Shown: positions 51,853 to 63,018 of the stretch, piece by piece
How the letters are laid out: the number at the start of each line of letters is the position of its first letter
Position numbering within the stretch: the stretch's first letter is position 1
NCBI RefSeq assembly: GCF_001194135.2
Contig: NC_068981.1
Location: 178,826,976-178,889,993 of the forward strand
Direction of reading: 5' to 3'
From: Octopus bimaculoides
Lineage: Eukaryota
DNA: 63,018 nt
Position numbers and translations under genes: made by a program
Notes under the pieces: generated by a model
The model's database searches: none
Told to the model about the DNA's origin: nothing
Seen by the model: the letters and a program-made list of their open reading frames with translations, nothing else

Positions 51853-52290
51853 AAGGCGTCAAACTGGCAGAATCGTTAGTATGCCGGGTAAAATGCTTAG
51901 CAGCATTTTGTCCGTTTATATGTTCTGAATTCAAATTCCTCCGCGTTCGTCTTTGCTCCTCATCCTTTCTGGGTCGATAAAATGAGTACTAGTTAAGTAC
52001 CGGGGTCGATGTAATCGACTAGCTCTCTCCCTCAAATTTCAGACCCTCTGCCAATATTAGAAAGGATCATTATTAAGGCGGCGAACTGGCAGTATTGTTA
52101 GCACGACAGGCAACATGCTTAGCGGCATTTCGTCCGTCTTTACGTTTTGAATTCAAATTCCGCTGAGGTTGACTTTGTATTTCATCCTTTCGGGATCGAT
52201 AAAATAAACAACAGTTGAGCACTGGGATCGATGTAATCGATTAGCCTTTCCCACGAAATAACAAGTATTGAGCCAAAATTTGAAACCAGT
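51853..52290 (+). mobile_element. Two head-to-tail SINE family B copies
   Basis: Heads at ~51853 and 52076. Confidence 0.85.
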
Positions 52291-52559
52291 GTCTAATAAT
52301 ACCATACAGACTTCACAAGAATATATTTTCTTTCTTGCACATCTATAAAACTATCGTCGAGTCAATTCTGTACGTTCCAAAATACTTTGAGATTTAGTTA
52401 TTTTGTTAACCCCTCTTCCATCTCAATAATAATTATTGTATATGTCATCACAAATTATATGTTACGAATATTTAGGCAAACTATATTTTATATTTTATTC
52501 TTCTTTCACTTTGAGCGTGTAGGTACGGTCTCTACACAAACTTCATATTATAGTTCCCA

Positions 52560-52755
52560 AGGCGGCGAGCTGGCAGAATCGTTAGCACGTCGGGCAAAAT
52601 GCTTGGCGGTATTCTGAGTTTAAATTCCCCCGGGGTCGACTTTGCCGTTCATCACTTTTGGGTCGATGAAATAAGTACCAGTGGCATACTGAGGTCGACT
52701 TGAACGACTTAACACCCTCCCCCCAAACTGCTAGCCTTCTGCCTAAATTTGAAAT
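52560..52755 (+). mobile_element. SINE family B
   Basis: Head ggcggcgagctggcagaatc, Meta-like core. Confidence 0.85.
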
Positions 52756-53063
52756 CATTATTTCAGTTCCCAACTACACCATTATTCCTTCGATTAATGA
52801 GGACTTTTGTAACATTCTGCTAGTTATGATACTATAACTCCTATTCAACAGCCCCCTAATCAGACTATTAGATCTGACATAAAACCAAACAATATGAGTG
52901 CTACTGTTAAACAACACAGCTGAAATTGTTTACTTTGTATACTGTCTAAGGCTGATTCATTTAGATTTAGGCAATCTTTCATGTAAGTCTCATATAACAA
53001 GCATAGCAAAATTTTAAATGGAAACGACTGGGTTTCTTTGAGATCTAAATAGAAAATACTTAT

Positions 53064-53470
53064 AAGCGTAGGAGTGGCTGTGTAGTAAGTAGCTTGCTTA
53101 CCAACCACATGGTTCCGGGTTCAGTCCCACTGCGTGGCACCTTGGGCAAGTGTCTTCTACTATAGTCTCGGGCCGACCAAAGCCTTGTGAGCGGATTTGG
53201 TAGACGGAAACTGAAAGAGGCCTGTCGTATATATGTATGTATGTGTGTGTGTTTGTGTGTCTGTGTTTGTTCCCCCAACATCGCTTGACAACCGATGCTG
53301 GTATGTTTACGTCCCGTAACTTAGCGGTTCAGCTAAAGTGACCGATAGAATAAGTACTGGGCTTACAAAGAATAAGTTCTGGGGTCGATTTGCTCGACTA
53401 AAGGTGGTGCTCCAGCACGGCCGCAATCAAATGATTGAAACAAGTAAAAGAGAGTAAAGAGTAAGAGTAT
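53064..53470 (+). mobile_element. SINE family A, full length
   Basis: Near-consensus bipartite copy. Confidence 0.9.
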
Positions 53471-53610
53471 AAAGAACAAACACAATTTTCGATGCATATA
53501 TGGAATGTCAAATCGTATTCTTGGGAGATATGTATGTCTAACAAAAAAATACATTGACAAGCCAGTGCTGCTGAAAGTGAAGATATGAATGTTGTATCTA
53601 ATAATACCAA

Positions 53611-53830
53611 AAGTGGCGAGCTGGCAGAATCGTTGGTACGCTGGGTATAACGCTTAGTGACATTTCGTCTGCCTTTACGTTCTCGGGTTCAAATCCCGCT
53701 GATTTCGACTTTGCCTTTCATTCTTTCGGGGTCGATAAAATAAGCAACAGTTGAGTACTGGGGTTGATGTAATCGACAAACCCCCTCCTCCAAACTTCAG
53801 GCCTTGTCTCTATAGTAGAAAGAATTATTA
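53611..53830 (+). mobile_element. SINE family B
   Basis: Head and Meta-like core. Confidence 0.85.
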
Positions 53831-54374
53831 TAAAGCTTTACTAGACGAAATCTCCATATAAGTTGCGTATTGCTTCAATATCCGATGTCTTTAACTGAAT
53901 TCAGAAAACTAGCATTACATTGATTTAAAACCTGTTTCGCATCACTCAAATTCCTAACTAAACAATAAACTATGCTTTTCATCTGCTTTTAATTTTATTT
54001 CTGTAACTGTTTTAGTAACGTTTTCCACACATAGTTCATGTTCCGGTATCGAACTCTGGAAGAAAACATGCTGGACTTCATAATTGTCTTATGAAACCTA
54101 ATATTATGCACATGTACGAAATTAGGTTCATTCAGTCCACTAGTCAACTCGGATGTGGAGTTTACTTGAAAATGCAGCAACTGTTGCAGCTACTTTGAAA
54201 CGGAGTCGTCTTGTTCTTTAAGTGCATTAAATGGCGCATTTTGTAGTGGGAACATGACAGCAGTCACTGTATGTTGAAACGCATTGTTGTCAGGGCTAAT
54301 TCTACAAATACGTATAGTGTACTGGGAACTTGGATGCATATTTCCTAATTTTTTTTTAATGTACACTCATAATA

Positions 54375-54765
54375 TTGGTTTTGAATTTTGGCACAAGGCC
54401 AGCAGTTTTAGGGAAGGATCTAAGTCGATTTTATTGACCTCAGAGCTCGACTGGTACTTCTTTTATCGATACTGAAATGATGAAAAGTAAAGTAAAGTCT
54501 ACCTCGGCGGAATTTGAATTCCGAACGTGGAGACGAACGAAATGACCTCAGAACATTTAGCCCGGTGTACTAACGGCTCTGCTAGTTTGCCGCCTTAAGT
54601 TCGTGTATTATGTTGGTTTCAAATTTTGGCTCGAGGCCATTAATTTCGAGTGACCCCCAATACTCAACTGGTGCTTATTTTATCGACCCCGAAATGGCAA
54701 AGTCAACCTCAGCGGAATTTGAACTAAAAAGGTGAAGACGGCTTATATACCGCTAAGTATTGCCT
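54375..54765 (-). mobile_element. Two tandem SINE family B copies
   Basis: Reverse complements at 54375-54597 and 54612-54765. Confidence 0.85.
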
Positions 54766-55491
54766 GGTGGACTACATGTATAATATTGCATGCACTTTCA
54801 ACTTGCCTGCTTTAAACTAATCCAACTATCGACGTTGGTAAAATTTCATAAAATTTCTTTATAATCATCAAAAAATTTCTTTATAATTATCAAATCAAGA
54901 TCTGTTCTAATTATTTATCAGGATATCAAGATAATTTCTTATTGATTATATTTTTCTAATTTCAATTATCGGGAAATAATATTTAATTTTCATCATGGAA
55001 AAATAGGTAAGGAGAAATAACACCAGTTCATATAAATATGTGTGTGTGTGTGAGGGAGGAGTATAAAATAATATTAAATATAATAAAATATTAGACGGCA
55101 TAGCAGTATGCACTGACATAAACAGTGAAAATATGTAAAACTTAGTTTTATAGCCGCAAGTATCGTTTGTCATTTGCTGTTGTGCATTATTTTCTATAAC
55201 GAATTACCAAACAAATGCACGAAACCATCAAAATTGATGCAAGATTTGGATAACCAAGTTCGTAAATAAGAAGAATGACTTGTGCTCGGTTCAAAATAGC
55301 ATGATGTGTATATTTTCTACGAATCCATACAATATAAAATCTTTGTTTTGACAACTGATGAAGTTTGAAAAATGAATGCACAGACAGCATACCTGCAAAA
55401 TATTAGAGAAAGTTAATAGTTCCTGTACTGGAAATGTTAACATCCCGGGTGTATGGAAAATAAGAATACAGTTCATTAGTTGCAATAACTA

Positions 55492-55618
55492 TCTATTCGT
55501 TCGTTTGGCACTCCGTCGCGTACGACGTCGACAGTTACAGTTGATCCGATCAACGAAACAGCCTGCTCGTGAAATTAACGTGCAAGTGGCTGAGCACTCC
55601 ACAGACACGTGTACCCTT
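55492..55618 (+). repeat. Interspersed repeat fragment (probable SINE body) ending at a gap
   Basis: GC-richer gatccgatcaacgaaacagcctgctcgtgaaattaacgtgcaagtggctgagcactcc; assigned from recollection of cephalopod repeats only. Confidence 0.45.
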
Positions 55619-55628
55619 NNNNNNNNNN

Positions 55629-55819
55629 GAAACAGGAAAAAAGAGTGAGAGAAAGCTATGGTGGAAGAGTACAACAGGGTTCGCCACCATCCCCTGCCGG
55701 AGCCTCGTGGAGCTTTAGGTGTTTTCGCTCAATAAACACCCACAACACCGGGTCTAGGAATCGAAACCGCGATCCTATGACCGCGAGTCCGCTGCCCTAA
55801 CCACTGGGCCATTGCGCCT
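55629..55819 (-). mobile_element. SINE family D, 5' half
   Basis: Reverse complement of 29099-29290 with intact A/B boxes. Confidence 0.88.
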
Positions 55820-55949
55820 CTACTCTATCTATTAACAAGGAAAAAATGTGTACAGAACAGTCAGTTCTTATTATAAGATGAGAATACTAAGATTGCAGAT
55901 AAATGTAGTATAATATAGTTTTTTGCAATAATTTTTGAAAGGTGCAATT

Positions 55950-56830
55950 AAAGATTTTGTTTTGTAAACTAGAACAACGTTTGAAGAAATGTTTAAGCTT
56001 ATGCGTGATTTTTATTCTTACGCAATATATTGACAGCAAAAAAATGTCAAAAATGTTGGGTTGAACAGCAATGAATTACAGATAATTTTTGAACTAATAA
56101 ATAAGATTTTGTTGTTCTTATATCAATACTCCTCATTGGCAAAAGATGTCATATTTGACTTCAAAGATGGGTTTTATGAATTTGGTTTCTTAGCATAGGT
56201 GGCCTACTAATGTGACATATTTTATGCATTGCACATATTAAATATTAATTTGCAAGGCAGACACTTAAATATTCAAAAAATTCGTTGCAAAGTGAAAACA
56301 ATATATATATATTTAAAATGACTGTAAGAAACCAAGAGATCCTAAGAGGAAATTGTAAGTTCTTTAGATCATCTAAGAAAATTCTAAGAACATTTTTCTG
56401 AAATATGCCTGCATCAATTCAAGACCTTCTTTTGGGTTTAATAAAAAATTTAAAAGACTATTTTCTCTCCAATCCACTTCAGCAAAATGTGAATTAGAGA
56501 TCCATTCAGTGTAGTAACAGAAAATGAAAAAGTAATCATACAGTTAAATGTGCTCGAAGTGCATCCATTAATTGAACTTCTATATGAAACTGCGTAAAAA
56601 AAAATTGAGAATGCTGATTAAGTTGTTAAGAAGCAAATGTAAAATGATATGAGAAGGTAGTCAGTTCATTAATATATTTTGTTACAGTATTTATATCAAC
56701 TGGTCTGACTATTGACGGTAATTGGTGTAAACTGAACAGAAACTCAGTAAATAGAGCAGAGTATTCGATTTCAGTTTTAGTTTGAAACTACTTCCTATAC
56801 TTCCTCAGAAACCATGAATGTTATAACTCC
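55950..56830 (+). mobile_element. Ancient hAT (Charlie-like) transposase relic
   Basis: Degenerate motifs resembling WIRDPF (~56490), LIEL (~56570) and F.TSYL.E (~56790); heavily disrupted. Confidence 0.35.
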
Positions 56831-56850
56831 TTCAGAAAGTTTCTAGTTTT

Positions 56851-57068
56851 AAGGCGGCGAGCTGACAGAATCATTAACACGCTGGACAAAATGCTTAGCG
56901 ACATTTCGTCCGGTTTTACGTTCTGAGTTCAAATCTGGCCGAGGTCGACTTTGCTTTGCTTTTCAACATTTCGGGGGCGATAAAAGAAGTACCAATTGAG
57001 CATTGGGGTCGATGTAATCGACTTAATCCCTCCCTCAAAATTGTTGGCTTTGTGCCAAAATTTGAAAT
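56851..57068 (+). mobile_element. SINE family B
   Basis: Head aaggcggcgagctg, Meta-like core. Confidence 0.88.
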
Positions 57069-57494
57069 CACTATAATTCCTAGTTTTCACGCTTACAAAT
57101 TCCACCCTTATCAACATTTTGGAAGGATTAATAATATAAAAGCAATTGAAAATATTGTCATGAATTGTCCCAGACAATCAGACTTCCATTTTCATAGCTG
57201 AATTTAAAGGTGAATAGATGGCATATAGGGAAAATTGATAGTTGTAATTTGAACGCAAGTGCGACTGTTAGGATATGATATAGTAGTTATTTGAAAAGAG
57301 AGTACAATCTTGTACGAACAAATGAAACTTGATATGCAATTAATGAACACTGTTCTTATTCATTCTGCATGTTGGAGAACAAGCAGACCTGCGGGGAAGG
57401 TACATCAGGTTAAAGGCTGTGTGTATGTGTGTGTTTATTGCAAATAGCAATCTGTCTAAACGTACTATCACGTGATTTAATATTTTGGGCCAGA

Positions 57495-57708
57495 AGGCGG
57501 CGAACTGGCAGAATCGTTAACGCACCAAGCAAAATGCTTAGCGGTATTTCCCCCGCCTTTAGGTTCTGAGTTCAAATCCCAACGTGGTCGACTTTGCCTT
57601 TCATCCTTTCGGGGTGGATAAAATAAATACCAGTTGAGCACTGGGGAAGATGTAATCGACTTACCCGCTGCCCCTTACTTGCTGGCCATGTACCAAAATT
57701 TGAAACAA
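57495..57708 (+). mobile_element. SINE family B
   Basis: Head aaggcggcgaactgg, Meta-like core. Confidence 0.88.
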
Positions 57709-58675
57709 CTTTTCTGGGCTAGTGATCAAGTATTTTCTTTCGCTTTCCTCCATTCTAAGTTCAGATTATGCCCAGATTGACTTTGCCTTATATTCTTTCA
57801 AAGCAACAGTTACGTTATTATGTTGTTGTTGCTCTAATCATTGTTATAGTTATTGTTTAGTTTCACGTCAGCATATCTATAATTAAAAAAGCCTTGATAG
57901 AAGATACCTGTGAGGAAAAGCATTCCAGCCCATACCATCCGATGTTTTTATATATCAAAGTCTACACTATCCAAGGCATCCTCCTTGTCTTAAGAAGATA
58001 TAACATGATTTGACAGAGATTCAGCTTCTCTTTTGGAAAGTTGAATAACTGAGTGGAGATTCCTTCGAATATTTTAATGCCAGTTTAGTAGTTTATATTT
58101 CACGTCGATTGGTTTGTAACCGTGTACCAACTATTGCGTCGTGTAAAATCTACTGCGCCGTGAAAATATAAAGAGAAAGACAAGAAAAATAGATCGATCG
58201 ATAGATAGATAGATAGATAGGTACATTAAAAGATAAAAGTGATTTGTCGGATAGAGAATTTGAGAAGCATAGAAAAGGAAAGGAAGTGACAGATAGATAA
58301 AAATATAGACAGATAGACAAATAGACAGACTGATAGACAAATAATCAGACTGATAGACAGACAGACAGACAAATAGGTAGATAGAAAGATAAGTCATTTG
58401 TCAAGAAGAGGATCAGAAAAAAGGAAAGGGAGAAAGAGAGAGAGAAAGAGGGGGGAGAGAAAGAGAGGTTGTACGTATCTATTGTTCCGATAATAATTTT
58501 TATATGTGGAAAAAAAAAAAAAAGCTAAACTGTTTGAACAATATTCTGTGGTTCTTGGATGCGAAACGAACTTTATGAACAATGCATATATGAATACTAA
58601 AGAATAGCGTATTTATGTGTATTGATTTTGTGAGCACCCGGAATTAGTATATGTGCATAGATGTAAACATTTATG

Positions 58676-58710
<35 letters not shown>

Positions 58711-59512
58711 GTCTTTCTATCTAGCTGTACGTTGTATATGTATGTATGGATGGATGCATATATGTGTGTGTATGTGTAAGAATGTGTCTGACTATTATAC
58801 GATTAAACAATCAAGGCTAGCGGTCAAATTGTTGGCTTCAGTTACGAAAAACATCATAATGGCCTGTCGAAGCAATGGCTTGAAAACTTAAAGGCTACGA
58901 CTGCAATAGGTGAGTCTATTAGAATAAAGGGGGGGGGGAGTCTGTAAAGAATATTTGAGCACCACTAATAATAATGGAAATGGTTGGTTTACATTTTCGC
59001 ATGCATTTCCCCCTTACTTTTCGTTTTGGTTAAATGCTTGAAATTTCGTTTCAATTTATAATTGGCGAATAATTCAGGATTGCTGGTGGATTATGTTTTC
59101 ATGTACCTAATAACAATTACTGTAATTATCTTCTGAGCTTTGAGAAAGATTTATGAATAAATCTCTTGTATGTCATCTCGTACATTATGTAAACTTTATA
59201 TTATAGTTTCTTTATTAATTTCTATTTTTGCTTAGAGTAAATCGTTGGTTTGCCGTGGAGATTAGGAGAAAACAAGAACCACACAAAAAAAAGACCAGAA
59301 GCAGTGTTGTGAAGTTTCTATGATGTTTGTTTAGTTAGTTGTGACGATAAAAAGTATGGCAAAACTGCTAAGTCCAGATTATTTAGATTTAAATCCTAAT
59401 TCCAGGTCAATCCCAAGAAAAGTTTCAAAATATGCTAAATAGTTTCCTTGCTTTAGTAATTCTTTGTTTTATTATATTTTATTATTCCTTTTGCGTAATC
59501 TCTCTCCTTCCT

Positions 59513-59592
59513 CTTCCCCTTCTTCTTCTTCTTCTTCTTCTTCTTCTTCTTCTTCTTCTTCTTCTTCTTCTTCTTCTTCTTCTTCTTCTTTC
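59513..59592. repeat. (TTC)n microsatellite
   Basis: Direct tandem repeat. Confidence 0.95.
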
Positions 59593-60152
59593 ACTCCCCA
59601 CCTCTTCTTCTCTCCCTCTCTCTCCCACTTTCTTCACATTGAAATATTTCAAATAACATACTTCCGGCTCCGATCTCTTCTGGAATATTCAATTTAATTT
59701 CATAATCTTCGTTTTCTATTTTTTCCTCTCAAATCCATTTCGTTTCTTCTTTTTCTTATTTCAATTCATCTTCATTTTTCATTCTATTTGATTTATCTCC
59801 TTTTATATGTTTTCTCCAATGCTTCTTCTAATTCCTGTCTTTCTTTCTTTCTTTCTCCTTTTGTTTCTTTGTTTCTTTCCTTCTTCCTTTTGTTTGATTC
59901 TCTCTGTCTCTGTCTCTCCGTCTCCGTCTGTCTGTCTGTCTGTCTGTCTACCCTCTCTCTTTCGCTCCCTCCCCTTCCCTCATCTCTCTCTGATACTGAT
60001 TTCGCATTTCTCACATTTTCATCTTTGATTTTTCTTTTACTATTTTCCCATCATAAGATTTTTCTTCTTCTTTCCTTGAGTTCTTTCCTTTCAATCTCTT
60101 TCTCTCTTTTCACTTCCATTCTCTTATAGTCTTTTAGAGATTTTATCAACGC

Positions 60153-60345
60153 TCTCTTTCTCTCTCTTCCTCTCTCTTTCTCTCTCTTCCTCTCTCTTTC
60201 TCTCTCTTCCTCTCTCTTTCTCTCTCTTCCTCTCTCTTNNNNNNNNNNCTCTCTTCCTCTCTCTTTCTCCCTCTTCCTCTCTCTTTCTCTCTCTTCCTCT
60301 CTCTTTCTCTCTCTTCCTCTCTCTTCCTCTCTCTTTCTCTCTCCC
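60153..60345. repeat. CT-rich ~22-bp minisatellite (ctctctttctctctcttcct type)
   Basis: Tandem repeat spanning a 10-N gap. Confidence 0.85.
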
Positions 60346-60507
60346 TCTCTCCTCCATCTCTTTCTTTCTCTTTCCCATTTTTCTCTCCTTCATTCTACAC
60401 AACTTTTGTCGCTACTGCTTATTTTTTCTTTCTAAGTTTCCATTCCTACTGCCTCAGTTTCTTTACACACCGTTATCTTGTCGGCTACAATATTTCCATA
60501 AGAGGAC

Positions 60508-60544
60508 TTAGTCACCGATGACGTCATCTTGGCATTTGGCCAAT
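60508..60544. promoter_or_regulatory. CRE palindrome + CCAAT module
   Basis: gaTGACGTCAtc (60517-60528), CCAAT (60540-60544), AP-1-like ttagtca (60508-60514); motif match only. Confidence 0.4.
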
Positions 60545-60840
60545 CACTAAACATATAACAGGTTCTGACAGTGCACATCAGCGCAAGAATTCTGAACGCG
60601 AAATAAATTAAAACTGTCATTTTCTTTTTTTTATTTAACAATTTGTTTGTTTGTAAATAGGATTATCTACCGTAGATATTGTCGGCTTATGAACATATCT
60701 ATAACTGTTTGAATGATTAACATCGACAAGGGATATATTCTAATGAAATTCCACGAAAAAAAAACAACAAAAAAACTAAATGAAATAAATGCCTCATTAA
60801 AAAAAAAATCGCCAATAAATAAATATAAGGACACAGAAAG

Positions 60841-60910
60841 ACTCACCATCGTCTGCTGGGTCAATATGACCTAGCTAATGGCAGTTTACGTCACATGGAC
60901 GTCAGCCAAT
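60841..60910 (-). promoter_or_regulatory. Putative promoter and first exon ending ATG|GTGAGT, with CCAAT, CRE-like sites and perfect ERE
   Basis: Minus strand: ATTGG, TGACGT, TGACGTAA, AGGTCAtatTGACCC (60858-60872), ATG (60849-60847), then donor GTGAGT (60846-60841). Confidence 0.5.
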
Positions 60911-61994
60911 GACTGAATAGACCATCGAAGTTTGCCAGATATCTATCTAAATATCAGCCATTTATTTTCGATTGAGCGGTCAGCACAGCAAACGATAAAT
61001 CTACTAAAACAAAACAAAAAGTAGAATAAAAAAATATAAACAAAAAAGAAATTAAACGAGAATTGAAACGAACTGCGCAATATTACCGTATAAACAACTA
61101 ATATTGATAAGTTGATAACCAACACTCCTGTTAAAAGCCCATAACGTTTGTTTATTTATTGTTTTTTCTTTTCATTTTCTAATTTCAGTATATTACTGAT
61201 CTATTAGTTGTCTATTAACTTAGTGAAAGAAAGGGTGGAGGTGGTGGTGGTGGTAGAGGGGGAAGAGAAATAAAAAAAAAAACGTAAGTGAACAAGCTGA
61301 ACGATTTTAACTGGTAACCTTTCCTGACGTCTTATTCTAAGTACGAAGCCAAATCCGAGAAAACTAATTGGATTGTTTCAAAGAAATATATTTCCCCTAT
61401 CTTTTAGTTTACTTTTTGTTCATATCCCATTAATACGTGGATGAATGATAGTATGTGATTCTTTGCTTTCATCAGGTATAGAAAGAGGAATCTTCTGAAG
61501 TCATATTTTGAAAGCTTCATTCAATCTTCCACTCAATATCATTTGTTTATTCAAACCAAAATTCTTTTTACTAATTCACATAGGCACTCTGGTCTCTAGT
61601 AGTCTACTGTCCTATCATGCGTGTTAATAAACGTCCAGTGGAGGTACCACATTTATTAGAAGGTTTATAATGCCTATTACTAAAGGTGGTACCTCGAACC
61701 AATCTTTACTAACAAGCATGATATGCCAGAAGATATTATGCACCCATTTATGTTTGGGGGCATATGCCATCCCCCTTGACCGCTTGCTATATGCCTCTGA
61801 GCACTCGTTCAAGCTGTCTATCTGTTTGTCACTGACTCATTTACTTAATTAATAACTTAATCACTTAATCGTTCATATAATCAATTATTAACTTAGTGAA
61901 ATTACACTGCTGACGTACCGAAGTGAAATAAAGACATCGTATATTAATAGTAAAGTGGGGAATATTACACTTCGTAAAGTAATAACGATTTCTA

Positions 61995-62198
61995 ACTTTG
62001 GCTCAAAGCCAGTAATTTCGAGGGAGGAGATAAGTCGATTACATCGACTCCAGTCCAGTGTTCAGCTCGTACTTATTTTATTGACACCGAAAGAATGAAA
62101 AACAAAGTCGACCTCGGCGGAATTCGAACTCAGAACATAGAGACGGACGAAATGTTATAAAAGCATCTTACCCAGCGCGGTAACGATTCTGCCAGCTC

Positions 62199-62290
<92 letters not shown>

Positions 62291-62358
62291 TGGTTTCAAA
62301 TTTTGCCACAAGGGCAGCAATTTTGGGGGAGGGGATGAATCGATTACATCGACTCCAG
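61995..62358 (-). mobile_element. SINE family B plus the tail of a second copy, joined by a (TAA)n run (62199-62289)
   Basis: Reverse-complement matches on both sides of the microsatellite. Confidence 0.85.
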
Positions 62359-62394
62359 TATATATATATACGTGTATGTGTGTGTGTATGTGTG

Positions 62395-62555
62395 CGTGCG
62401 TGTGTGTTTGTCCCCCACCATCACTTGACAACTGATGTTGGTGTGTTTACGTCCCCGAAAACTTAGGCTTAAAAAAGAATAAATTTTGAGGTCGATACTC
62501 CAGCATGACCGCAGTCAAATGACTGAAACAACTAAAAGAATAAAAGAATAAAAGA
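62395..62555 (+). mobile_element. SINE family A, 3' module with internal deletion
   Basis: ttgtccccc...cagcatgaccgcagtcaaatgactgaaaca tail. Confidence 0.8.
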
Positions 62556-62894
62556 ATATATGTATGAATTAACGAGCAAGACCTGTATAGGATGTCTAGA
62601 CAAGTTCAAAATAGCAGATAAAATCTCTGTTAGATCACACACTTCTGTCTTACGGTATGATACAATACTCGGATATCACCGGGTGTCTCAGCTCGATTTA
62701 TCTAGCAAAACCGGCCAACAAGGATGAATTTGCGCGATCCCTCGACTTGCTAGAAAAAGCAGCCAATCCATTCAACCATCCATACACACACACACACACA
62801 CACACACAGATACAGACAGACAAACAAACATAAACATACAGACATATTTAACTTCCAGACAGGGTTCTCTTTCCAGTATATATACACAACTACT

Positions 62895-63018
62895 ATAATC
62901 CTCTTAGGATCTCGGAAAATTTTTTTGTGAACCTTCTGATTCTTTTAATGTGCTAGTTTTCTGGTATTAAATTGATATTTATTAATACCGAATTTTTACC
63001 CTATTATATTAATTATAT
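62895..63018 (-). repeat. Copy of the ~120 bp TA-associated repeat
   Basis: Homologous to 9113-9234 and the reverse complement of 3794-3913. Confidence 0.75.

Noticed and set aside
16-62431. Most ORF-track entries (poly-YI/HT/CV/LS/X)
   Set aside because: Translations of microsatellites or N gaps; no coding evidence.

Overview
Eukaryotic, AT-rich, microsatellite-dense DNA with about 4 kb of N gaps. The SINE repertoire suggests a coleoid cephalopod, most likely Octopus (inference, not checked against a database). No intact host protein-coding gene can be supported; most listed ORFs are microsatellite or gap artefacts. The window is dominated by mobile DNA: several tRNA-derived SINE families (CORE-like composite, Meta-domain-like and others), a decayed L1/Tx1 LINE (about 12.95-16.9 kb, minus), three R4/Dong-type restriction-like-endonuclease (REL) LINE pieces in (TAA)n runs, a Penelope-like GIY-YIG relic, a DD37D maT deletion derivative, a mariner relic and hAT relics. 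Most notable: (1) two minimal hammerhead-ribozyme motifs in short ORF-less elements (3278-3322, 29859-29902); (2) seven largely unrelated long foldback inverted repeats; (3) a minus-strand promoter-like cluster with CCAAT, CRE-like sites, a perfect palindromic estrogen response element (ERE) and ATG|GTGAGT (60841-60910); (4) an old local duplication (31.2-32.2 kb vs 41.6-42.5 kb) with a ~95%-identical exon-like core beside a tract showing protein-coding-type divergence; (5) a permuted Dong LINE arrangement. All identities were estimated by eye.
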